Part shown: in pieces, positions 12,954 to 25,500 of the stretch
Layout: each line of letters begins with the position of its first letter
Position numbering within the stretch: position 1 is the first letter of the stretch
Assembly: GCA_028534125.1 (NCBI GenBank)
Contig: CM052816.1
Span: 7,256,001 to 7,320,000 of the forward strand
Reading direction: 5' to 3'
DNA from: Lama glama
Taxonomy: Eukaryota
DNA: 64,000 nucleotides
Notes under the pieces: model-generated
Seen by the model: the letters and a program-made list of their open reading frames with translations, nothing else
Database searches by the model: none
What the model was told of the DNA's origin: nothing
Position numbers and translations under genes: made by a program

Positions 12954-14899
12954 GAATACTGATAAAGAAGGAAACCCCAAGTCCCAGGTCCCTTTCACCC
13001 ATGCCGTAGGCAAGGACTTCCTTTTCAGTCATTTCTCTTCCCCCTAATTCCTGGCTTGGGCAGGCCTGGCTTTTACCGACAGCTCTCCCGGACAGCCTCT
13101 CCATTCCGGCTGCCATTCACCAAGCCATTATCGGTCCTAATAAGGTGTTCCTCCCTGTGCTTTCACCCTTCATATTACCTGCCTTTCCTCCAGCCCTGAG
13201 AAGTAGGTAGGAGTAGCTATTATTATCTCCATTTTACAGACAGGTAAATTGAGGCTCAGAAGAAGTTCTATGGCCTTCCCAAGGTCACACAATTCATCTA
13301 GCATTCAAGCTACTGATCCTTTTCCTGCTCATATCCAGTTCTTTGACTTATTTTTGTTACATGAGAACCCAGCAGTGCCCACCTACAGACTAGCACATGA
13401 CTCAAGTGTCCATCCAAGTTTCTTAAAGCACATCAAGCCTCCCTCCCAATTCCTGAATTCCAGTTGACTTAAACCAACAGAGCGGGCGTTCAAGCCCAGT
13501 CCACACTGGAGTGGGGGTCTTGAGTGGGAAGAGCCCTCTTTTGATCTGATGTTAGATTACTCCTCCCAATGTGTAGTTCTGTTCTGGTCCTGTCTCTTCT
13601 CCAAAACGTTCAATGGCTCCCTACGACTAAGCGGAAAAAATATTTCAGTAGCTAAGGACTTCCTGATGAGCAGGTACCTGGAATGTCAATATTCTTTCAC
13701 TTATGGTTTTAATCTGGCTCAAAGGCACAATCCCTCCTAATTCCCCCTCCCTGCCGTCATCCTTCCCCTCCTCCCGGCTTTTGGCATAAGCAGAACATAT
13801 TAAGGATTTTTTCTTGAGAGCCACAGGAGCCAGCCCTAACACTGGACGCCTGAGGCAGAGGCAGGGAATGGGGTGGGAGGTCAAAGAATAAATGCTGACA
13901 GCACCCAAATCCATGTAACTTCATGTTCAGATTTTTTAGGAGGAGGGTGAATGTTTTCCAACCCAGAGGAATGAATCCAGTGACTCTTTCTTTCATGAAA
14001 AGCTCTCCAAACTTTAAAAAATATCTTCTCTCATTGCTTCTCCCCAAAGCCTAGGAAATCCAGAGCACCCAGCTTCGGGAAATCCAGCTCTCTGCTATCA
14101 GTTCAGACGTCCCCCTCCTGGGTGGCCTTGGGTTTGCCTTACCCTAGAAATGGGAGTCAAGGGGCAGATGTGTTTCTTAAGTATTCTGTGTAGTTAATGT
14201 CTGTGACATGCATAAGAAAAGGCCAGGAGGGAGAAAGTCATTGCTGATCTGTGCCTGGGGGATGGGGAGGAATTTCATCGTCAGAAATAAAGCCTCGCAT
14301 CTGGAACAAATCTGGTAGGAGCTTCTTTAGTGTAAGTTTGATTTGGCTTTGAAGTCCTCCAAGTACATCTGCTTCCCTGAGGAAGGGACAGAATTACTCA
14401 GAGTCACAGACTCCTAGAACTAAAGTGCCTGAGTCACTGCACACGGACCATTACGGATGCGGGTCACAGAGCGTGAGAATCACAGCACATGCAACCTCAC
14501 GTCTTAGAACGTGCAGGCAGGACACAGAGCGTTGGGCTAGCAGAGGCCCTGCTTGTCAGACCTGGAGGGCGTCAATCAGGTCAGCTAGTTCTGTTTTTCA
14601 AAGCTGTGCTTCCCAAGGAGGTGAGGGACAAGCCTGGCAGGGTCCCAGGCCTCCACTCCTACTTCAAATGCAAAGCAGTGAAGACTGCACAGGCCGAAGG
14701 ATCATACTTGTATGAGTTGAAAAAGACTTTAGAGCTCTCCTTGTCTCCCCCAAGGGCAACTGTCCGCCTAGAGTAGCACATCCTTCACCGGTGGCCATCC
14801 AGACCCTGCTTGGATTCCCCCAGTGATGGGGAGCTTGCCACATTCTCAAATGACTCATTCCAGAACTGCGCTTCGGATCATTAACTAAGAAAATGAGGG

Positions 14900-15000
14900 G
14901 AGATCTCGGAGCACTGCTCCTCCCAGTCATGCTCACAGATGCTTTTCAATGACTTGGATAAAGTCATGGATGTTACAATCACCGAGTTTCTGAATGTTAG
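14900..15000 (+). mobile_element. L3/CR1 reverse-transcriptase remnant
   Basis: tcaatgacttggat (FNDLD) followed by a TEF segment resembles the CR1 RT motif FINDLD...SKFADD; heavily decayed. Confidence 0.45.
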
Positions 15001-15859
15001 AATTAAGATTCTGAGAAACATGGGTGAAATGAATCATGGTCTCATCGAAGTCCTACATCATTTAGTTGCAGAAGATCGGCTGGCACAAGAACAGATTGGG
15101 AATGACAATACATCTGAGAGTTCTCATTACCCACAAACTCAATAGTCAATAGCAGACCTGGCTGCTCAAAGTAAGAGTGCTTAGCATTATTTTTTGAACA
15201 CTGGGTCACATACCATATTCTGCATTTATGTACTTTAATTAATTTCATTCTCGAGATGGTATTATGATGGCAGGAAACTGAGAATCAGAGAAGGTAAGCC
15301 ACTTGCCCAAAGTCACACAGTCAGAAGCTGTGTGCTGTGAACCACGTTCTGCTACCTTCTCCATCCATGAAATGTGGTTGGGAGTTATAAAGAGACAGAG
15401 TTTGAGTCACATGTACATCCTAAAAGGGTGCAACCACGGACCCCACACCTGCACTTGTTCACACCTGTGCACACGAGTCCCACTGCTACCAACTTATTTA
15501 CTCATATTCATCCTGTCAAGCAGGCGCACACTATTAGTGTACCCACACAATTATTCAAAATTGCCTCTTAAGTGTGTGTGTATGTGCACTCTTGCAAATG
15601 TGCACATTCACCCACATGCAGATTTCCCTCTGTGTCAGGGGAGCCAAGAGCGTGAGGCCCCACCCCAGGCAAGTGCCTGCTCGCGGCTTCCCAGCAGAGC
15701 CCGTGGCTGGGCCAGCAAGCTGAGACTCGACCAGAGACTGGCAGCTTCCTGCTCCACCGGAGTTCAGGCTGGGTCTTCTCCAGAGGGTGCAGTGGACCCC
15801 ACCCTCACCCCCAACCTCAGGCTTTGATTCTGCCTTGGCTTTGCAATGAACAATGAACA

Positions 15860-16080
15860 GTATTTATTGAGTGTTTTTCTATGTGCTGGGCACTGTGCTA
15901 AGCATATTAATGTACACGATCTTATTTCATCTTCATAAAACCCCAGGAAAGCAGTACTCTTAATAGCCCTATCTTACAGATGAAGAAACTGAGGTTAAGA
16001 GAGGTTAACTTCCCCAAGGTTGTGCTGTTAGCAAGTGGTGGAGTTGTGGTTGAACCCAAACAGTTGGATTTACAAGTGAG
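15860..16080 (-). mobile_element. MIR SINE
   Basis: tttattgagtg...tatgtgctgggcactgtgctaagca...ttacagatgaagaaactgaggttaagagaggttaacttccccaaggt. Confidence 0.75.
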
Positions 16081-16259
16081 CCCAGTTTCTCTTCCTGGCA
16101 GCATGCTTGGCTCTGGTTCCCACCCTGTGACTTTGGGCAAGTCCCTTTCTTTCGTAGGGACTTTATTTTCCAGCTTCAAGAAGGAAGGAATGATCACTAA
16201 AGGTTCTCTTAGCTTCTACCCAGTCATTGATTTTCCTTAGTCCAGATCCTTCCATCTTT

Positions 16260-16830
16260 CAACTAGTATTTTTTGAGCTTGGATATGTGCCAGACACTGA
16301 TGCAGGCACTGGGAATTCATGTATGAATAAGATACACAAAGCTCCTGTCTTCATAGAGCCCAGTATCTAGTGCAGGAAACAATAAACAAATAAACAAGAA
16401 TATATTGAGAGGTGACACGCACCTCGGAGAAAACGAGGTGCGGTGAAAAAGAAGTGTGTTAGGAAGGAGGCGACATCAAACTAGGGGTTAAGAGGTGACA
16501 TATGAGCTGAGAACTGGATAACAAGATGGAACCAGAGGTGGGAGAATCTTAAGTGGAAGGAAACAGCAAGTGCAAAGGCCCTGAGGCAGATCCCAGCTGG
16601 TATGTTTAACAGAGGAGAAAGAAGGCCCGTGTGGCTGCAGCTTGGTGGACAATGGCGAGAGTGCTGAGAGGTATCACTGGAGAAGCAGGCAGGGCCCAGA
16701 TGGTGTGGCTTATCTTACTCCATGGTAAGGAGTTTAGATTTTCATCTAAATGCTATGGGAAACCACTAGAAAATTTTTAAGCAAGGAAGTGATAAGAACT
16801 GATTTATATTTTCACAGGTGTTTCAAAATA
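16260..16830 (-). mobile_element. L2 LINE 3' fragment
   Basis: tatgtgccagacactg...cagcaagtgcaaaggccctgaggcag...ggtaaggagtttagattttcatctaa. Confidence 0.75.
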
Positions 16831-18514
16831 GTGGTTCGAGGTGCTGCAGGCTGGGAGCATAGCCCGGGGAGCCCAATGTGCCCCTACACCCTGCAAGCCT
16901 GTTCACTGGCCTGGGCGTGGTGCCAGAAACAACCTCAGAAACAGGCCCTTCCCCCAGTAAACCACTCGTCAGGTCTGTGAGTCCCACAGCTTGAACACAG
17001 CCATGGGCACCAACCCCTCATGCAAGTGTGCACTCTCTCTGCATTTTATCCCCCTCTAGAGAGACCCCACCCCTACTCCATTCCCTGCCACTCATCTTAA
17101 CACTCAGGCTCTGAAAAGCGCCCCTGTAGCTGCTGAGCAGAGTGTCTTGTTGGAACCTGCCTTCCACCAGTGCTGACCTGGTGAACAGGAAGCCTTCCAC
17201 AGAGCAGGGCAGGCAGAGCTGGGACGCTGCGTGCACCCTGGGCTCGCTGGGCCGCAGAGTGAGTGGACCTGGGACCGGGGTAAGCACTCATGTTCCCCCT
17301 CGGGCTTCAACTTCAAAAGCAATGCCATCCTGGGGGCAGGAATGGGGTTCAACTGTCTCCTGCTTGCAGAGGACTGTCAGGGATGGGGTGAGCAAGGCTT
17401 TTGCCTGTGGTCACGTCCCTCGTGGGCTGCAGTGGTAAGCAAAGGATGAGAATGAGGGGACAGCAAGGTAGGAAATAGACAACATCTGTTTCTGTCGCTG
17501 GTTTTAGGACCCTAAGTGTAGAATCTGCCTCCATTCTGCCCCCTCTCTTTTGAGATGCTGGGCATGTCACCAACAGGATCTCAAATGAGAGACGGTGGCA
17601 GAAAGGCTGAAAGGCTGGAGCATGTTCTAATTCTTCTCTGTCACAGGCTCTCAGATCCCAAGTTAGGGTGACTTGGCCATCTGCCTCCATCCTCCTCCCC
17701 ATGTTAGGATGCAACCGGCAATGTCTTAACCTGAATTTGGTTCTCTCAGGACTCTGGAAAGGATCTAAGCCTCTTCCTTTCCCCCTTGCCCTGAAAGTTT
17801 AACTCTTCTTTGTCTTTGAAGAGCAAGACAACTGGAAAAACAAGTCTTGCCTGTTTCCCCCAGGAATGCTCTGCACATCTGGCTGACAGCCATGAACTCC
17901 ATAGAGTCAAGACTCCCACGGGCAGGTCGGGCACCAGCGTGATGTGCCCAACCTCGCACTTGGCTTCTGGAAGACCTGGTCTGGCATCCAAACTCTGCCC
18001 TCCCCCATCCCCATCCTTGGCCCTTAGGAGTTTCACATTTTGACCTAGGCTGCAGTTTGGGGACGGAACATGCAGGAACATCAAGGGAAAGAATGGAGAC
18101 CACAGCGAGTCTTAGAGGGGCGAAGCATTCACTCACAGTTAGCTCAGCAATTGCCAGGGGCTGGTTCTTACCTGGCCACCCACCATGTGACTTGGGGCAA
18201 GACCCTTCCCTTGCCTGGGGCTCTATTTCCCAATCTTTCCATGAGGAGCTGAGTCTGAGCTCCATCATCTTTCAGGTCCATTTCAGCTCTGACATTCCAG
18301 GAATAGAGTGGTTTTCCATGTTCAGGGCTACCAGATGTATCAGAATCAGGCCCCATCCAAGGTACTTGTGGTGGGACATGCATAGTAAGCCTGGGATTGG
18401 GGAAGTAGCCTCAGCCTGTGATGTAAGGAGCTCCAAGTCTAATTCTTGCTTTCTTTCTATCTAGCTGTAAGGCTCTGGGCAGGTCCCTTCCCCTTATGAA
18501 ACTTAGATTCCTAG

Positions 18515-18760
18515 TAATAATAGCTCATATTATGTTAAGATTTACTATGCGCCAGGCACTCTGCTAGGTCATTTACCTTTGTTATTTCACTTATTTTTCA
18601 CAACAATCCAACAAGGTAGATAATATCCTTATCCCTGTTCTACTGAAGAGGAAATTGAGGCTCACAGAGGTGAAATAATCTACCCAGAAAGTAACCTAGC
18701 TAGTAAGTGATGGATCCAGGGCTGACGGCCAGGCATCCTGATGCCAGGCCTGTGATTTTG
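18515..18760 (-). mobile_element. MIR SINE
   Basis: tactatgcgccaggcactctgctag...gaggaaattgaggctcacagaggtgaaataatctaccc. Confidence 0.75.
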
Positions 18761-19005
18761 GTCCCTTTGCTTTTCTGCAGCTTCTGCTTGTGCAGATGCA
18801 GCTCAGCTTGACTGGAGCTCAGCGCTGGTGGAGGGGTCTCATAGGAAGTACCTAGAGCCAGACTGGGTACCTGGTTGGACTGATTCCACCATCCCTGTGG
18901 AGCCACTGAAGGTTCTGGGAAACAGAGTAAAGTGGTCAGGACTGTGTTGTATCTGCCAGATGCCCTGGAGAAAGCACTTAAATTTAGTCTGTTATTCTTT
19001 AAACA

Positions 19006-19222
19006 CAGGGTTTCTCAACCTCAGCACCATTGACATTTGGGGCCGAATCATTCTTTGCTGTGGGGGGCTGTCCTGTGCACTGTAGGATGTTTAACAGCAG
19101 CCCTGGATTCTATCCATTAAATGCCAGTAGCATCTCCTGCATAAGCTGGGGTACCCAAAAATATCTTCAGATATTGCCAAATGCCATCTGAGGGGCAAAA
19201 CCACCCCTGTTTAGAACCACAG
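19006..19222 (-). mobile_element. MER20-like hAT-Charlie DNA transposon relic
   Basis: Ends cagggtttctcaacc...tttagaaccacag. Internal ctgtcctgtgcactgtaggatgttt and ggggcaaaaccacccc match the recalled MER20 consensus; about 217 bp. Confidence 0.85.
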
Positions 19223-19293
19223 CAGTAGGACCCATTTCTTTCCTAATCTCCCCTCTTCTCTTTTTCACCCAGGGCTTTGGGAGTTTTTCCATC

Positions 19294-22200
19294 ATGATTA
19301 TTGCCTTGCTGGGTTTTGCCATTTTCTTGCTCCATTGTACAAGCTGTGAGAAACCTCTAGAAGGACTCATCTCCTCCTCAGCCTGGCGCTTCACACACTC
19401 CCTTTATAATGCAACCATCTATGAAAACTCAGCTCCCAAGACCTATGTGGAGAGCTTCGAGAAAATGGGCATCTACCTTGCAGACCCGCAGTGGGCAGTG
19501 AGGTACCGGATCATCTCTGGAGATGTAGCCAATGTGTTTAAAACAGAGGAGTATGTGGTGGGCAACTTCTGCTTTCTGAGAATAAGGACTAAGAGCAGCA
19601 ACACGGCCCTTCTGAACAGGGAGGTGCGAGACAGCTACACCCTCATCGTCCAAGCCACAGAAAAGACCTTGGAATTAGAGGCTTTGACCCGGGTGGTGGT
19701 CCACATCCTGGACCAGAATGACCTGAAGCCCCTCTTCTCCCCGCCTTCATACCGAGTCACCATCTCTGAGGACATGCCCCTCAAGAGTCCCATCTGTAAG
19801 GTCAGCGCCACGGATGCTGACCTGGGCCAGAATGCCGAGTTCTATTACACTTTTAACACAAGGTCGGAGATGTTTGCCATCCATCCCACCAGTGGCGTGG
19901 TCACCTTGGCTGGGAAGCTCAACGTCACCTGGCGAGGGAAGTATGAGCTCCAGGTACTGGCTGTGGACCGCATGAGGAAGATCTCAGAGGGCAATGGGTT
20001 TGGCAGCTTGGCTGCACTCATCATCCACGTGGAGCCTGCCCTCAGGAAGCCTCCAGCCATCACCTCAGTGGTCTTAGCTACACCAGGGGGCAGTGAGGAT
20101 ACCACCTATGCCACTGTAGTGGTAGACGCAAAGAGCTCAGGTATTGACATGGACTCACTGGAAATTGTCGGTGGTGACCCTGGAAAGAACTTTAAAGCCA
20201 TCAAGTCTTATGCCCAGAGCAGTGAGTTCAGTTTGGTTTCTGTCAAAGACATCAACTGGATGGAACACCCTCATGGGTTCAACCTCAGCCTGCAGGCCAG
20301 GAGTAGGAACACACCTTCTTTTTATTCCCAGATCAGGGGCTTTCATCTACCCCCTTCCAAACTGGCTTCCCTCAAATTTGAGAAGGCCATTTATAAAGTG
20401 CAGCTCAGTGAGTTTTCCCCTCCCGGCAGCCGGGTGGTGATGGTGAAAGTAACCCAAGCCTTCCCCAACCTGAAGTATGTTCTAAAGCCATCCTCAGAGA
20501 CTGGAGGGTTTAAACTGAATGCCCGCACAGGGCTGATCACCACCACAAAGTTCATGGATTTCCATGACCGAGCCCACTACCAGCTACACATCAGAACCTC
20601 ACCTGGCCTGGCCTCCACCACTGTGGTCATTGACATCATGGACTGTAACAACCATGCCCCCATGTTCAACAAGTCTTCCTATGACGGCACTTTTGATGAG
20701 AATATCCCTCCAGGCACCAGTGTTTTGACTGTTACTGCCACAGACAAGGATCATGGAGAGAATGGATATGTCACTTACTCCATCACTCGCCCACACACTG
20801 TGCCCTTTTCTATCGACCCTTACCTGGGGATCATCGCCACCTCCAAACCCATGGACTATGAGCTCATGAATAGAATTTACACCTTCCGGGTACGTGCATC
20901 AGATTGGGGATCCCCATTTCGCCAGGAAAAAGAAGTGTCTGTTTCTCTTAGACTCAAGAACCTGAATGACAATAAGCCTATGTTTGAGGAAGTCAATTGC
21001 ACTGGGTCTATCCACGAAAACTGGCCAGTAGGAAGATCAGTAATGACTGTATCAGCTATAGATGTAGATGAGCTTCAGAACCTAAAATACGAGTTTGTGT
21101 CAGGCAATGAACTAGAGTATTTTGATTTAAATCATTTCTCTGGAGTGATATCCCTTAAACGCTCTTTTAGGAACCATACTACTGATCAACCCATCAATTT
21201 TTCCCTGAAAATTACAGCCTCAGATGGGAAGAACTATGCCTCACCCACAACTTTGAATGTTACTGTAGTGAAGGACCCTCGTTTTGAGGTCCCTGTAACG
21301 TGTGATAAAACAGAAGTATTGACACATTTCACAAAGACCATTCTGCACTCTGTTGGGCTTCAGAACCAGGAGTCCAATGATGAGGATTTCACTTCCTTAA
21401 GTGCGTATCAGATCAATCATAATACCCCACAGTTTGAGGACCACTTCCCACAGTCCATTGACATCCTTGAAAGTGTTCCTCTCAACACTCTCCTGGCCCG
21501 CCTCGCAGCCACTGACCCTGACACTGGCTTTAATGGCAAACTGGTCTATGTGATTGCAGAGGGCAACGAAGAGGGCTGCTTCGACATTGAGCTGGAGACA
21601 GGATTGCTCACGATAGCTGCCCCCTTGGATTATGAAGCCACCAGTTTCTACATCCTCAATGTAACTGTGTATGACCTGGGCACTCCCCAGAAGTCCTCCT
21701 GGAAGCTACTGACAGTGAATGTGAAAGACTGGAATGACAATGCACCCAGATTTCCTCCTGGTGGGTACCAGGTAACCATCTCGGAGGACACAGAAGTTGG
21801 AACCACAATTGCAGAGCTGAAAGCAAAAGATGCTGACTCAGAGGACAATGGGAGGGTTCGCTACACCCTGCTAAGCCCCACGGAGAAGTTCTCCCTCCAT
21901 CCCCTCACTGGGGAACTGGTTGTCACAGGGCATCTGGACCGGGAATCAGAACCTCAGTATATACTCAAAGTAGAGGCCAGGGATCAGCCTAGGAAGGGGC
22001 ACCAGCTCTTCTCTGTCGCTGACCTGATAGTCACATTGGAAGATGCCAATGACAACTCTCCCCAGTGCATTACAGAACTCCGCAGGCTGAAGGTCCCAGA
22101 GGATCTGCCCCCAGGGACTATCTTAACATTTCTGGATGCCTCTGATCCTGACCTGGGTGCTGCGGGAGAAGTACGATATGTCCTGTTGGATGATGCCCGT

Positions 22201-22552
22201 GGGACCTTCCATGTGAACCTGATGACTGGGGCACTCAGTCTGGAGAAAGAGCTGGACTTTGAGAGGAGGGCTGGTTATAATCTGAGTTTGTGGGCCAGTG
22301 ACAGTGGGAGGCCCCTGGCCCGCAGGACCCTCTGTCACGTGGAGGTGATTGTTCTAGATGTGAATGAGAATCTCCACCCTCCCCGCTTCACCTCCTTTGT
22401 GCAACAGGGCCAAGTGCAGGAGAACAGCCCCTCCGGAACCCCTGTGATGGTAGTGGCTGCTCACGATGATGACAGTGGCTTGGACGGGGAGCTCCAGTAC
22501 TTCTTGCGGGCTGGCACCAGCTTTGCAGCCTTTAGCATCAACCAAGACACAG
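19294..22552 (+). CDS. FAT2: FAT2 coding exon 1 (exon starts 19273; signal peptide + N-terminal cadherin repeats; 3259 nt coding)
   Basis: Acceptor ttttcacccag|G at 19272/19273, ATG 19294, 1104-aa ORF in track, donor ACAG|gtactg at 22552/22553 (phase 1). Confidence 0.97.
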
Positions 22553-25500
22553 GTACTGGTATTGGGATAGGATTCGGAGTACCAGGTGCTAAGAGGGGAT
22601 GCACCTAAGGGAAATCAGGGGTCCTGAAAGAAGTCAGGCTGTAGGCTAAAAAGAAGAGCAATAAATAGGGATACTCCTTCCTGTCCCTTTCATTTTAATT
22701 TATATTTATCATTTTATATATATATATACATATATATACACACACACATATATATATGTGCATATGTGTGTACGTATATCCATTTAAGTTGTATGAACCA
22801 TCTCACACACATGTATATACACACACACATACACATAAACATATACTACATATATATGCTTATAAAAGTAATGCATTGTGGTTATAAAATTTTAATATAT
22901 AATTTAAAAATGAATGTTTCTCTGTGTCACTTCTCCCCAGATATAATTTCTATTAATAATATGGTCCATAATCTTCTAAGTTTTCTTCCTTATATCTGAT
23001 ATATTGTCACTTTTCATTTTATTATTATGAAAACATAATACAATTGGCACTAATTCTGAAATTTACTCTTGTCACATAATGTGACACCAGGATATCTTAT
23101 GTGTCAAGACACGTATATCTGTTTTATTCTTTTCTAATGGTTGCATTTATTCATATACTTTTACTCATGTGCATAAGTCGCTATAGGAAAAACTCTTAAA
23201 AATGCAGTTCTTAGGTCAAAGGATAATGCATATTTTCAGGGTTAACAGATATTTCCAAATTGTCCCCCCAAAAGGCGGCACATTAGTTCCTTTAAGCTCC
23301 ATAGAAAATATGTGTAATTCAGCAAACACTTACTGAGCACCCTCTACTTGTGAGGTCATGAGACAGACACCTTGGGGGAGGGGAGATCCCAGTGAATAAA
23401 CGTAGGTCATTCTCCTCGAGGAGTTTACACTCTGATGGATGATTTATCTCCAGGGTTAAGGGCAAGGTGTTGTGGCAGAAAGATTAGATTATTCTGAGAG
23501 TCAATTTTAGACCCAGCTCTTGCGATTACTTGCTACATGATCTTGGTCAAGTCATGCTCTTCTTCTGGGCCCCAGTTTCCCCTTTTGTCAAAGAAGTAAG
23601 GTTCCATCACCTCTAAGATGCTAGGGCTAGGAGCACAGGCCTCGCCCTCTCCACCTGGGGCCTTCCAGCTGAGTGTGACCCATGAGAACTCAGGGTGCAA
23701 GCCTCTTCTGCTCACTCCTGGATCCTCAATTTCTAAAACTGGCCCACAATAAGCAGTTTGTGGAGTGAGCAAACCAATGAATGAAACTAAGTCTCTAAAA
23801 TCATGAAGAAGATGGAGAGGGGAACAACAACTTATTCATCAAATCCCTAACCCTTGAATTGATATCTATAAGGACTTGAAGCTTAAAGGAACCAGTCTAA
23901 GGACAACTGTAAGGAAATCCCACTTAGAGAATGAGAACTAAATAAACTGGACTTGGGTTGAAGCGGTCAGGAGAAAGCAGGTCAACTATCACAATCTTCT
24001 GGAAACCCTGCAAAAGCCCGTAGGCCACAGTCATGGGCCTATTTCAGTAGAGAAAGGTTCTGAGAGATTCTACAATAAGGATATGAATTCCCCATGTTTA
24101 ACTCAGCAGCTCCTGCTCCATGTTGGCAAAGTTCCCTTTTCTCAGAGAATACTTACTAATATCCTTTCCGCAGTACAGTTTGGGGACTGTTAGGCAAAGT
24201 GATTTCTAAAGCTACTTTAAGTTCTAAAATATTTTGGGTTTGATGATCTCCTGTCCCTAGGAATGATTCAGACCCTGGCACCCCTGGACCGAGAATTCAT
24301 ATCCTGCTACTGGCTGACAGTACTGGCAGTGGATAAGGGTTCTGTGCCCCTGTCTTCTGTCACTGAAGTCTACATTGAGGTTCTGGATGTCAATGACAAT
24401 CCACCCCAGATGTCCAGACCTGTGTTCTACCCTTCCGTCCGGGAGGACGCACCCTTGCACACCTCTGTGCTCCAGCTGGATGCCTGGGACCCGGACTCCA
24501 GCTCCAAAGGGAAGCTGACCTTCAACATCACCAGTGGCAACCATATGGGATTCTTTGTTATTCATCCTCTCACGGGTAAGGACCTCAGAATGCTGGGTGA
24601 ACAGGATTCTCTACAACAATGCTTCTTAAAGTGTGGTCCCAGACCGACATCATGAGTGTCACCTATGAACTTGTTAGAAATTCAAGTTCTCAGGCCCCAC
24701 CTTAGTCCTGCTGAATCAGAACCCAAGGTGGGGCCCAGAAATCTGCATTTTATTAAGATATCCAGAGAACTTTAATGTGTGCTGAGTTTGAGAACCACTG
24801 CTTTACAAAGTCTGTCTCTATGGGAAAACAAGAGTATGTCAGCTTTCTTTCCCTGGGGCTTAGGGAAGCTAAGCAGATTATCTGGTGGTCAAGCTGGAAC
24901 TGTTTCTGGCCTCCAAATGCTCCCAACTGATCCCCTCCCTGGAGTCACAAGCCACAGGTTGAATCTCTTAACTCTAGCTCCAAACTGATCTCAAGCCTGC
25001 CCCTGTAGCGGTGGTGACAGAGATTCACTTCAGTGGAGTCAACCACCTCACAAAGATCTGTCCTTAGCCTAGGGCCATCTTGGACAGTTTAGAGGAATCC
25101 AAAGGTTACCAGCTTACAGCCCTTAACCAGAGGTGGCCCACAAAGGTGTTCCTGTTTGGCCCACACAAGCTTTAAACAGTGATTTTTCCAGTTGTTGCCA
25201 ACATTTAAAAATTAGGACATTTGACAAAACATTCCAGATTTCTGGTTGTTCTTTAAAAAAGCTAGAAGATCTGGCCACACTGACCCCACATCCTGCAGGG
25301 CTACAATCATCTGGAGCCAACAGCAGCTCCCTATACAGACCAGGCATGTCCTCTGCCCCAGTGGTCCCCTCTCTCCCTATTGTATGTCTCCTAGCCTGCT
25401 TCCTGCATTTATGCTACCTGCCTGGCTCCCAGCAGAACTTGAGAGCCAGTTCCCACTGCTGCAGGTACTTCTCCAAGGCCACATATTCCTCTTGATGATG

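Noticed and set aside
17550..17640. p63/p53 response element (GGGCATGTCA, GAGCATGTTC)
   Set aside because: Only isolated half-sites about 70 nt apart, with no adjacent second half-site.
34..19085. Numerous 60-190 aa ORFs upstream of the FAT2 CDS
   Set aside because: No recognisable domains, many start at non-ATG codons, and many overlap MIR/L2/L1 relics. This is expected noise in GC-rich DNA.
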